Notes: generated by a model from the letters alone, not told the origin. A stretch of 64,000 nt of DNA from Spirochaetia bacterium (GCA_965198005.1 CBDAOI010000004.1:1888001-1952000), one strand, 5' to 3'. Shown: positions 47,798-59,858, counted from the stretch's first letter. Numbers and translations: made by a program.

Positions 47798-48875
47798 GTG
47801 GTCAGCGAGATGTTCGTCATCCCCGACTGGGCCGCCGACCGAAGAGAGGAGCACAACCCCAGATCGCTCATGCGAGGGCAGTTGGCGGAGAGCTGGGAAC
47901 AGCCCGACCCACTCACGTTTATCTTCAACATCCGTAAAGGGGTTAACTGGCACGACAAGGCACCGATGAACGGTCGCGAGTTGACCGCCAGCGACATCGA
48001 ATTCAACTTTCATCGGTACTTGGGGATCGGCAGTGGCTTCAGCGAAGCCTCGCCGTTTGAGGGTCAGCTGCCCAAGATCGAATCCGTGACGGCCACCGAC
48101 GCATCGACGGTGGTCTTCAAGCTGGCAGAGCCAGACCTCTTTGCGCTGGACAAGCTAGTCAACAACCGGCTTGCCTGGATCTACCCACCGGAGGTCATCC
48201 AGCAATACGGCGACGTCCAGGATTGGAGGAATCTGGTTGGCACTGGTCCCATGGAGCTGACGGACTACGTCGAGGGCAGCTCTATCACGTGGACCAAGAA
48301 CCCCAACTACTGGGGGTTCGACGAGAAGTTTCCGGAGAACCGCTTGCCCTATGTCGACGAGATCGTCGCCCTGATCATGCCGGCCGCCGTTCGATGACAT
48401 CCGGGTACGCCAGGCCCTGCAGATGGCTGTGGATCGGGAGACGATCGCGAACACCTACTTCAAGGGGTTGGCCGACCCGACGTCGCACGGAATCATTAAC
48501 AACGAGGACCCCCTTGGGACGCCGTTCGACGAATGGCCGGAGGAGGTCAAGCAGTACTACCGCTACGACCCGGAACGGGCGAAGCAGTTGCTGCCCGAGG
48601 CGGGCTATCCCGATGGCCTCAAGACCGAACTGAAATACTTCGAACGCTACGATGCGAACTACGCGGAGCTCGTCGTTGGCTACTGGGCTGAGATTGGCGT
48701 GGACGTCGAGATGAGCATTCACAGCAGCCCGGAGAGCCAGGCCATCCTGCAAGGGCACACCTCGGACGGACTCGCACACGGCGAAAACGCCTACATGGGG
48801 TCGGATCTCCTTCACCTTGAGTATTTCTACCGGGCCGACTCCTTCAGTGGCTACAACAACGATGGATTGGGAGTG
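47798..48875 (+). pseudogene. Unit 3: family 5 SBP, 5'-truncated, internal deletion near 48385, 3'-truncated
   Basis: QLAESWEQPD...ALIMP joined to PPFDDIRVRQAL in another frame; fuses into the permease. Confidence 0.85.
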
Positions 48876-48879
48876 AACG

Positions 48880-49661
48880 GGGCTGGATGTGCCGGTGCCC
48901 GTGCAATACGTACGCTGGCTGGGCGGCATCTTCCTGCACGGCACCCTGGGTGACTCTCTGTTCGGCGGAGCTACCGTCGAGGAGAGGATCATCGGCCGGC
49001 TGCCGATCACCGTCGAGCTTGGTGTCCTGTCCATCCTCATCGGGTTGGTCATCGCCGTGCCGGTGGGCATTTACTCGGCGGTGCGGCAGGACACCGCGGC
49101 CGACTACGCCGGCCGCTCGATCGCCATCATCGGCCTGGCGACGCCCAACTTCTGGCTCGCCACGCTGGTGCTGACCTTCCCGCCATCTGGTGGGCGTGGG
49201 CGCCGCCGCTGCGCATGGTGGCGTTCGCCGACGACCCGCTCCGCAACCTCGGCCAACTGTTCATTCCCAGCCTCATTCTGGGCACCTACCTGTCGGCTAC
49301 CGTGATGCGCATGACGCGCACCATGATGCTGGAGGTGCTGCGCCAGGACTTCATCCGCACCGCCTGGGCGAAGGGACTGCGGGAGCGGGTGATCATCCTG
49401 CGCCACGTGATCAAGAACGCGCTGATCCCGGTGGTGACGCTGATCGGCCTGCAACTCCCGATCCTGGTCGGTGGCTCGGTGATCATGGAGAACATGTTCG
49501 CCCTGCCGGGGCTGGGCCGTCTGATGCTCGACGCCCTCTCGGCGCGCGACTACCCGGTGGTGTCGGGCATCAACCTGTTCTTCGCGACCGCGGTGATGAC
49601 GATCAACCTGTTCATCGACATTCTCTACGGCTACCTGGACCCCCGGGTGCAGTACCGCTAG
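48880..49661 (+). pseudogene. Unit 3: OppB-like permease, 5'-truncated, 1-bp frameshift near 49178
   Basis: GLDVPVPVQY...ATPNFWL / MVAFADDP...LDPRVQYR*. Confidence 0.85.
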
Positions 49662-50235
49662 TAGGAGCCTGGCGCGTGCGACAGACTCCTGGCGGACGGT
49701 GGGGATGGGCCGCAAGCGACGCCTGGCGGATGCGACATACTCAGCCGAAACCGCGGCCGTTCCTGCTCGACCTGCTGCGGCGGCTGTTCAAGGAGCGGCC
49801 GCTGGGGGCAGCGAGCGCGGTGGTGGTGTACTGCCTCAACATGTTCGGCAGTGCCGCGAGGACGCCGCCGTAGGCGACCGCGGTGGCTGGCTCGGCGAAC
49901 ACCGGCGCGGCCTCGGTCAGCAAGCCGGAGCTGGCGAGCACGCGGCCCTCGACGGCGCGCGCCGCGCGGCCCATGGGCGCGTGCTTGTCGCGGGCGTCGC
50001 GGGTGGCGCGGTCGGTGGCCGCCGCCGACACGACCTGCAGCGTGGCAGCGCCGAGGCGCCAATTGCCAGAATCGACGCCGGGTGACTGGGGAGTTCTCGC
50101 CAGGGGTCGTTGGTCGGTTTCCTGCGAGTCACGCCGAAAGCTGGCCCTCGGAGCGGCGATTCGTCCCTGCTGGCGGCCTGGGCGGCTCATTCGGCTCATT
50201 GCGTTCGCTACGTTAGCCATGTTAGTATCGCTCTG

Positions 50236-50439
50236 ATGGCAACCCTCTCCGTACGCGCTCTCCCCGACCCCCTGCATCGCCGCTTCAAGCTGCTGTGTGC
50301 CACCCGCGGTCTGTGGATGCGCGCGGAGGTGATTCGCCCGATCGAGCGGGAACTCGCCATGGTCGACGATCTCGAGGCCGCTCTGCGTGCGGTGCTCGGC
50401 CAAGCGTCGGCGCCGCCTCGAGAGGACCTCGGCAGTTGA
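50236..50439 (+). CDS. Ribbon-helix-helix (Arc/FitA-like) protein, copy 2
   Basis: Same N-terminal sequence as copy 1, stops at TGA 50439. Confidence 0.65.
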   Translation: MATLSVRALPDPLHRRFKLLCATRGLWMRAEVIRPIERELAMVDDLEAALRAVLGQASAPPREDLGS

Positions 50440-50669
50440 GCCGGCTGGGCCGATTCGTGGTTGACGTTCACGGGGGCGGAGGTTATGATAGGGTGGATGC
50501 AGTCAATCGCGACATCGCGACTACATCTGGGTATGGCTGTGCCTCACCTGCGGAGGGCTTGGAGTGACTTATAACACGTCAACGCTTATGACACTCTGTT
50601 CCCCTGACAGCCGCTCGCCGAGAATTGCTGAAAATCAGCTCGCGGCGGGCTTGCTTAATGGTGAGGAGT

Positions 50670-50685
50670 CCCCCCCCCCCCCCCC
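50670..50685. repeat. C16 homopolymer
   Basis: Direct count. Confidence 0.95.
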
Positions 50686-51151
50686 ACTTTTTCGAACCGA
50701 CAAACAACTAACCGCTCCGGCTGATCGCCGCGTACGCGAAAACGCGCACGCGGGCGCCTTCACCACCGCCGTAGCTATAGCTATCGGTTGCGCGGGCTCG
50801 GTCCATCGCCAAACCGGCATGCGGACCGGCCACGCCCTTCCCGGCGATCGCAACCGTCCCGGATCCTCGCCGGCGACTGACTGCCGGCAAAGCTCACCAC
50901 CGGCGTTGCCGGCCGCGAGGCACCCCGACGTGAGGAAGAAGGAGGTCAAGATGATACTCAAAGAGCCGCACGTGCGCGCGGCGTGAGCCCGGGTGAACCC
51001 GGATGAGTCACACGCCGCGCGCTCTTATTGTACGTGACTCAGACTGGCAGTCCGCGTTGGCGGGCGCGCCCGCGTTGCGGTGCGCGAGAGTAGCCAGGGA
51101 GCGGCAATCCGCTCCGCAATACTCTCAAGAATACATTTATGGGAGAAAACC

Positions 51152-52983
51152 ATGGATTATATCGTACGCATTACAAGGACCTTCGCGGTTGCGTTGGTCC
51201 TCGCCGTGACCGCGCCCGGCCTCTGGGCCACTGGCGCAGAGGAAGACGCGACCGCCGCTGACAAGCAGTATGTGACCGACCCCGTCACCGGCAAGGAGGT
51301 GACCGCGCCAGAGTATGGCGGGACATTGACCTTCGCCGATCGGGGCAGATGGCGTTCGGCTCCTATGACCATGTATCATGGCCATGCATTGAGCCAACAA
51401 CAGTGTCGTCATAGAGAAACTGGGCGTCGCTGACTGGGCAATAGATAGGAAGAGATATCCTTTCGTCGGCGGCTACCAGCTGCCTGTATACGCCACGAGG
51501 GGGGCGCTGGCTGAAAGCTGGGAACAGCCCGACCCCACAACGTATGTCTTCCACATCCGCCAGGGTGTCCACTGGCATGACAAGCCGCCGATGAACGGTC
51601 GGGAGCTCACCGCCAAGGACATCGAGTATAACTTTCACCGGCACTTGGGTCTGGGCAGCGGCTTCACCGAACCTTCCCCTTGCTGCGTAGGGTTCCTCGG
51701 AGAGTTGCCTTGGGAATCGATAGAGGCCACCGACGAATGGACGGTTGTCATGAAGCTGAAGAAGCCCACCCTTCTTGCCCTGGGCACCATCTTGGACGGA
51801 TTCTATGCGATACAGCCCCCCGAAGTAATTGAGGCATCAAAGACTGCTGAAGTGCCAGAGGGCAAGATTTCGGACTGGAGGGACATGGTTGGCACCGGGC
51901 CCTACATGAGAACCGACTGGGTCGGGGGCAGTTCTTATTACCTACACCAAGAATCCCAACTACTGGAGCGACGACGAAAAATATCCGGGGAACCGCTTGC
52001 CCTATATTGACGAGCTAAGGAGCCTTGTTATGACCGAAGTGGCAACAGAGCTATCGGCACTGCGCACGGCTAAGGATCGATGGCATAGGTTGGCAGGGGC
52101 GAATGCACAATTAAGCTCCCTGGACCAGGCAGAGAGCCTCGAGCGCACTAACCCAGAGCTCGTAATTCACGCGTGGTCAGAACGGTCGAATAACAATTTT
52201 TGGCTCAACGAGAGCAAGCCGCCCTTTGACGACATCAGGGTGCGCCACGCAATGCAGATGGCACTTGACGTCGAGACAATGAGCGCGACCTTGTACAAGG
52301 ATTTAGGAGATCCGATACCTCGCGGGCGAGTAGGCCTGGAATTCACGGGGTTTACGTCCCATTTGACGAGTGGCCCGAACAGCTCAAGGGATACTATACC
52401 TATGACGTGGCGGGGGCCGAGAAGCTCCTTGATGAGGCTGGGTATCCGCGCGGCGCCGACGGCATGAGATTCGAAGACCAATCATTGTGTGGCTCGACAT
52501 CGCGGTGATTATGATATTAACTATGCAGAATTAATGCCGTTTCATACTGGCGTGAGATTGGCATTCATGTCGACATCGAGCACACTCCCTGGGGCTGAAT
52601 TCGGTCCCAGAGCGCAAGATCGGAAATGTTGGAGGTTTCGTGTGGCCCGCCGGCGTCAAGGCTTTTCCAGTTCAGGTCAAATGGAAACATTTTCGAGCGA
52701 ATATGTCTGGAACCCCAGGCAGCGACGCGCAATACGACGCCTGGTATGAAGAGATGCTAGCTGCTGCCACTGAGGAGCAGCAGATGAGCGCGATCAAGAA
52801 GCTGGACATGTACAGCATAGAGCAGCACTGGATGATCTGGGGGGCCTTGGCCCAGCGTTCAACGTGCACCAGCCGTGGGTGATAGGCTACAACGGCGAAG
52901 GCGGTTTCGGTAGAAGTCGAAATAATGATGTCTTCGCCCGCCTCTGGATTGATAGTGCGCTGAAGGAGGAAATGGGTCATTAG
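51152..52983 (+). pseudogene. Unit 4: family 5 SBP, full span but multiple frameshifts
   Basis: Signal peptide through ARLWIDSALKEEMGH* spread over at least five ORF pieces. Confidence 0.85.
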
Positions 52984-53155
52984 GGGGTTCACCCCTTGTG
53001 GCTGACCTTGCGGAAGAAGGGAGCTGGGGGCTGAAGAGCCCCCCAGCTCCCTCATGGGAAACCGCGAGGTGCGCGGTTGAAGCGCAGGCAGTGCGAGACC
53101 ATAAGCTGGACCCGCGGGAGCACCTTCGAGGGATAAGGCACCTCGGTTGCGTCAC

Positions 53156-54161
53156 ATGAGAGCCTATATCATCAGGCGGTTATTGCTCATAATCCCCACC
53201 TTGTTCATAATGAGCATCCTGGTCTTTCTTTCTGTCCGTTTCATCCCCGGCGACGTAATAGACCTGATGTTGGTTAGGATGCAAGAAACGGCGAGTGGCC
53301 ACATTGACCGCGAAACCCGTCTCGAGCGTTATCTGGGATTGGACGTGCCTGTGCACGTGCAGTATGGACGCTGGATGGGAGTGTTGCCGACCCCCGGCTG
53401 GATTACCGGTGAGCCCTTCTTTAGAGGTCTGCTTCAGGGCAGCCTTGGCGAATCACTGATACGCGGCGCTGTGCGGTAGAGGAGGAGATACGAAGTAGAT
53501 TGCCGGTGACCATCGAACTCGGTTTCATGGCAATCGTAATCGGCTTGATAGTAGCGCTGCCAATCGGCATCTACTCGGCGATTCGCCAGGATACGGCCGC
53601 CGACTATGTGGGGCGCTCGGTCGCCATCATCGGCCTGGCGACGCCGAACTTCTGGTTGGGAATTATGGTCATGATCTTCCCGGCAATCTGGTGGGGTTGG
53701 TCGCCGCCGATGGAGTGGATACCTTTGACCGAAGACCCGCTGGGGAATATTGGGGTGTTCATCATTCCCAGCCTGATTCTGGGGACGGCCTGTCCGCTGC
53801 CACCATGCGGATGACGCGTACGATGGTGCTGGAGGTGCTCAGGCAAGACTATATCAGGACGGCTTGGTCCAAGGGCTTGAAGGAGAGGGTCGTCATCATG
53901 AGACACGCCCTCAAGAACGCATTCATGCCGATAGTTACCCTGGTGGGCATGCAGTTGCCTGTCCTGGTCGGTGGCTCGGTTATCATGGAGAACATATTCA
54001 ACCTACCGGGTCTGGGTCGTCTCATGGTGATGGCGCTCATTGAGAGAGACTACCCAGTGGTCTCGGGAGTAAACCTGTTTTTCGCCACCGCGGTTGTGGG
54101 AATCAATCTTATGATAGACCTGATCTATCCCTATTTGGACCCGAGGGTCCGCTATAGCTAA
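53156..54161 (+). pseudogene. Unit 4: OppB-like permease, frameshifted
   Basis: Three consecutive ORF pieces (53147-53479, 53500-53814, 53691-54161) cover the whole protein. Confidence 0.85.
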
Positions 54162-54177
54162 TGGGGAAACGGCCAGC

Positions 54178-55098
54178 ATGAGTGACGGCAAGGGGATACC
54201 ATCCGCAGTAAGCGAGCCAAAGGGTCACGCCCGGCCGGCAGATTTCTTTGTCAGGCTGTGGAGGGAGAAGCCGCTGGGCATCGTCAGCGGGATCATCGTA
54301 CTGATTTTGATCGTGGTCGCTATCTTTGGCGATGTTCTGGCCCCTTATCCATATTGGGAGGTGCATCAGTTAGACAGGTTGCAGGGCGCATCAGCCCAGT
54401 ATGTGTTGGGTACCGACCAGTTGGGGCGAGACTTGTTGAGCCGACTTATCTACGGGGCTCGTCTTTCGTTGGTTGTCGGTCTGGCGGCGACTGCTCTCAA
54501 TGTTCTGGTCGCTGTCATGCTAGGCGGCACTTCGGGGTTCCTCGGTGGCAAATTCGACCTGGTTGTGCAGAGATTCGTCGATGCCTGGATGTCTTTCCCG
54601 GGGCTGCTGCTGTTGTTAACCGTAATGTCCATAGCGGGCCGAGGGCTGTTACAGATAATACTGGTCCTGGGCATATCTGGAGGAATTGGCGGCTCGAGAA
54701 TAATGAGAAGCGCCGTTATTGGTGTGAAAGAGAACGCCTATTTCCAGATGGCAGAGGCGATTGGCAATACAAGATGGAGAATACTCATTCGACATGTCCT
54801 GCCCAATATTGCGCCTCCCGTAATCATCATATTCAGCATCAACATCGGTGCGGTGATCATGTCTGAGGCTTCCTTGAGCTTCCTGGGATTCGGTCTGCCG
54901 ACCCAGGTTCCGAGCTGGGGAGGTATGCTCAGCAGGGAGGGGCGTCTCTACATGGAGATGGCGCCACGGCTGGCTCTCTGGCCTGGTTTTTGCCTGACGA
55001 TTACCGTTTACAGTCTAAACATGTTCGGCGACGCCATGAGGGATCTGCTCGACCCGCGGCTGAGGGGCGGTGGTGGTGGTTTCGATGCCGGAAGATAA
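54178..55098 (+). CDS. Unit 4: OppC/DppC-like permease (intact)
   Basis: LGTDQLGRDLLSRLIYGAR, RHVLPN, PSWGGMLS, NMFGDAMRDLLDPRLRG. Confidence 0.92.
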   Translation: MSDGKGIPSAVSEPKGHARPADFFVRLWREKPLGIVSGIIVLILIVVAIFGDVLAPYPYWEVHQLDRLQGASAQYVLGTDQLGRDLLSRLIYGARLSLVVGLAATALNVLVAVMLGGTSGFLGGKFDLVVQRFVDAWMSFPGLLLLLTVMSIAGRGLLQIILVLGISGGIGGSRIMRSAVIGVKENAYFQMAEAIGNTRWRILIRHVLPNIAPPVIIIFSINIGAVIMSEASLSFLGFGLPTQVPSWGGMLSREGRLYMEMAPRLALWPGFCLTITVYSLNMFGDAMRDLLDPRLRGGGGGFDAGR

Positions 55099-55189
55099 CG
55101 CCAGCGCCAGGCGTGACGTACCGCCATGGGGTTTCCCTAATCGGAATGCCGCCCAGGGTGACCACGCGCCCGCGCGCGGGGTGCGCCGA

Positions 55190-55397
55190 TTGAGGCGGTC
55201 GGGCACACGGACACACCTTCTGGTACGCAATGCCCGCGGCGAGCGGCAGCGCATCGTGCAGGCCGACCAGATACTGTTCCTGCATCCGGCGCGGACGCTG
55301 CCCCGAGGCAACGCGATCGAGGTGGGCACGGACGCGCTGCCGGAGGTGGTGCTGGAGGTGGACAACACCACGGACGTGCGCCGCGGCAAGCTCGGCT
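55190..55397 (+). pseudogene. Uma2 family endonuclease fragment
   Basis: QADQILFLHP...LPEVVLEVDNTTDVRRGKLG; both ends missing. Confidence 0.65.
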
Positions 55398-55481
55398 GCG
55401 CCGAGCCCACGGTAGCCGCCGTAGTCGTTGATTTCCGGGCGCGCGCGTTGGTATACTACCCTCGACCCCCAAATCGGTAGC

Positions 55482-55934
55482 ATGGCTGTAGTCTCGATTC
55501 TCATTCTCGTGGTGTTCGTGCTGAGTGCGCTCCTGCTGATGGTGGTGGTCCTGCTCCAGGATGATCAGGGGGGCGGGATCGCCAGCATGTTCGGCGGCGG
55601 CAGCAGCACCCCGTTCGGCGCCCGCACCGGTAACGTGATGACCCGGCTCACCGCGGTGCTGGCCACCATCTTCCTGGTCGCGGCCTTTTCCATGGCGTGG
55701 CTCAACCGCACGCCCGACGTCGGCAACGTGATCGGCCGCGCGCGCGCCGAGCAGCTGCGCGGGATCGAGCGCACCGACTGGTGGGTGGAGGCCCCGGCGG
55801 CCGCGGCGGTCACGCCGCAACCGGTCGCGCTCGAGACCGGCGCGGCGCCGGCCGGGGACGAACCGGTCGCAGCCGAGTCGGTGGACGAGGGTGGGGAAGG
55901 CGCTCCCGCGGCGGCCGGTGACGACCGGCAGTAG
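55482..55934 (+). CDS. secG: Preprotein translocase subunit SecG
   Basis: VLLQDDQGGGIASMFGGGSSTPFG...MTRLT; TATACT -10 box at 55453-55458. Confidence 0.92.
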   Translation: MAVVSILILVVFVLSALLLMVVVLLQDDQGGGIASMFGGGSSTPFGARTGNVMTRLTAVLATIFLVAAFSMAWLNRTPDVGNVIGRARAEQLRGIERTDWWVEAPAAAAVTPQPVALETGAAPAGDEPVAAESVDEGGEGAPAAAGDDRQ

Positions 55935-55986
55935 CGGACGGTAGCCGGGCACCGGCAATGAAGCACCAGCAATCGAAGCACCAGCA

Positions 55987-56961
55987 ATGAAGATCGTCCT
56001 CATCCTTCTGGTCGCGCTCGCCGTCATCGTGGTCGGCAATACCGTGCTGCCGGTGCCGCAGGCGGCGATCGAGGTGGCCGCCGAGCAGATCGGTCTCGGC
56101 CCGGTGACCAACGCCCTGCTGACCTCGTTCATCCTCAGCGCGGTCATCCTGATCGTGGCGCTGGTGGTCGGGCGCAACCTGAAACTGCGCCCCGGCGGAC
56201 TGCAGAACGTGATCGAGGCGATGATCGAGGGGCTGAACAACCTGGTGCACCAGACCGCGTCCCGCGCCTGGGCGCCCCGGTTCTTCCCCATCTGCAGCAC
56301 CATCTTCATCTTTTTGCTGGTCTCCAACTGGTTCGGCATCCTCAGTCCCGCGCTCGGCAGCATCGGCCTGGTCCACGTCGCCGAGCACGGCGGCCTCGCA
56401 CCCCACGAGATCGTGTTCCTGCGCGGCAGCGCCGAGCAGGTGGCCGCCGACCACGCCGCGCACGCCGGCGAGGACGCCCACGCCGAACCGGACGGCGAGG
56501 CGCCGGGCGAGGCCGGCGAGCACGCGTCCCGCTTCGCCATCGTGCCGTTGCTGCGCGCGCCGAGCAGCGACCTCAACCTGACCCTGACCCTGGCCCTGAT
56601 CACGATGTTCCTGGTGCAGGTATTCGGCTTCTGGAGCCGCGGGATGGGCCATCTCGCCCATTTCTTCCGCTTCAAGAGCCTGCGCACCAAGGGCATCGGC
56701 ATGGGCTTGGTGGACATTTTCGTCGGCCTGATCGAGGGCCTCAGCGAGTTCGCGAAGGTGATCTCCTTTTCGTTCCGGCTGTTCGGCAACATCTTCGCGG
56801 GCGAGGTGATCCTGATCGTGATGTCCAGCCTGGTATCGCTGGTGCTGGTGGTCGCGTTCTTCGGCCTCGAGATCTTCGTCGGCCTGATTCAGGCGTTCGT
56901 GTTCTTCATTCTGTCGCTGGCGTTCTTCTCCCTGGCCACCGCCCACGACGAGGAGCATTGA
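55987..56961 (+). CDS. atpB: F0 subunit a
   Basis: PGGLQNVIE, RAPSSDLN, SFRLFGNIFAGE, IQAFVF. Confidence 0.95.
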   Translation: MKIVLILLVALAVIVVGNTVLPVPQAAIEVAAEQIGLGPVTNALLTSFILSAVILIVALVVGRNLKLRPGGLQNVIEAMIEGLNNLVHQTASRAWAPRFFPICSTIFIFLLVSNWFGILSPALGSIGLVHVAEHGGLAPHEIVFLRGSAEQVAADHAAHAGEDAHAEPDGEAPGEAGEHASRFAIVPLLRAPSSDLNLTLTLALITMFLVQVFGFWSRGMGHLAHFFRFKSLRTKGIGMGLVDIFVGLIEGLSEFAKVISFSFRLFGNIFAGEVILIVMSSLVSLVLVVAFFGLEIFVGLIQAFVFFILSLAFFSLATAHDEEH

Positions 56962-56989
56962 GGAGCATCGCGAGGAGCATCGGTGATGA

Positions 56990-57271
<282 letters not shown>

Positions 57272-57285
57272 GTTCCGAGGCTACC

Positions 57286-57789
57286 GTGCAGGCTCTCGGA
57301 ATCTCTCTCTTCGGATTGATCGCGTACGCGATCAACTTCGTGATCCTGGTGGTGTTGCTGCGCCTGCTGCTCTACCAGCCGGTCAAGCAGATGCTGGCGG
57401 CGCGCAAGCAGCGTATCGCCGAGGGGCTGGACGCCGCGGAACGGGCTGCCGCCGAGGCCGCCGAGCAGCGCACCCGCTTCGAGCGGGAGCTGGAGCAGGC
57501 GCGCGGCGCGGCCCAGGCGGAAGCCGCCAAGCTGGCGCAGCAGGCCGAGCAGGTGCGCCACGAGGTGCTCCAGGCCGCCGAGCAGGAGGCCGCCGAGATC
57601 AAGGCGCGCGCCCATGAGGAGATCGAGCAGCAGCGGCAGCAGGCGGCGGCCGAGCTGGAGCAGCACACCGCGGAGCTGGCCCTGGCCGTGGCGCGCAAGG
57701 TGGTAGGCGCGGCCCTCGACCAGCAGGCGCAGCGCCGCCTGGTGGACCGGTTCGTGCAGGAGTTGGGTGTCGCCGGGGAACGCCCGTGA
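57286..57789 (+). CDS. atpF: F0 subunit b
   Basis: N-terminal TM (INFVILVVLL) followed by coiled coil. Confidence 0.93.
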   Translation: MQALGISLFGLIAYAINFVILVVLLRLLLYQPVKQMLAARKQRIAEGLDAAERAAAEAAEQRTRFERELEQARGAAQAEAAKLAQQAEQVRHEVLQAAEQEAAEIKARAHEEIEQQRQQAAAELEQHTAELALAVARKVVGAALDQQAQRRLVDRFVQELGVAGERP

Positions 57790-58301
57790 CCGACGCCCGC
57801 AGCTATGCGCTGGCGGCGTTCGCGACCGCGGCGGAACCCTGGCTGACCGCCCTGCGCACCCTGCAAGGGCGGCTGGAGCGGGAGCCGGAGCTGCTGGCGC
57901 GGCTGGCGGACAAGACGGCGGCGTTCAGTGCCCGCGAACAGCGCCTCGCGGAGCTGCTGCCGGACGGCGTCAGTGACGCCTGCCGCAATTTCCTGCGCAT
58001 GTTGCTTGATCGCGGCGATCTGGGCCAGTTGGCGGCCATCGTCGATTGGATGGGGGCGATGGCCAGCGGCGGCCCGGCCGCCCGCATGGCGATCGTCACC
58101 ACCGCCTACGCGCTGGACGGCGCGCAACGGCAGCGCTTCGTCGACACCCTCCAGCACACCCACGGCGCCGACCTGCGCTTGTCGTTTGCGGTAGACCCGG
58201 CGATCGTCGGCGGCGCGGTGGTGCGGATCGGCGACCAGGTGATCGACGGCAGCGTGCGCGCGCGGATGCAGGCGATCGACGGCGTCCTGGCGCGGCGCTG
58301 A
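57786..58301 (+). CDS. atpH: F1 subunit delta
   Basis: VDPAIVGGAVVRIGDQVIDGSVR. Confidence 0.92.
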   Translation: MTDARSYALAAFATAAEPWLTALRTLQGRLEREPELLARLADKTAAFSAREQRLAELLPDGVSDACRNFLRMLLDRGDLGQLAAIVDWMGAMASGGPAARMAIVTTAYALDGAQRQRFVDTLQHTHGADLRLSFAVDPAIVGGAVVRIGDQVIDGSVRARMQAIDGVLARR

Positions 58302-58325
58302 CGGGAGACCGGAGGGAGACTGACG

Positions 58326-59858
<1,533 letters not shown>

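Larger units (their letters stand above)
49643..50685 (+). repeat. Second copy of the block oppB end, mini-oppC, transposase remnant, RHH gene, poly-C
   Basis: Aligns by eye to 37992-38198 plus 38868-39706 with scattered substitutions and small indels. Confidence 0.92.

Noticed and set aside
37452-55397. CRISPR array, integron or diversity-generating retroelement as the explanation of the repeats
   Set aside because: No regularly spaced repeat-spacer units, cas genes, tyrosine recombinase, attC-like sites or reverse transcriptase seen; differences between copies are not adenine-specific
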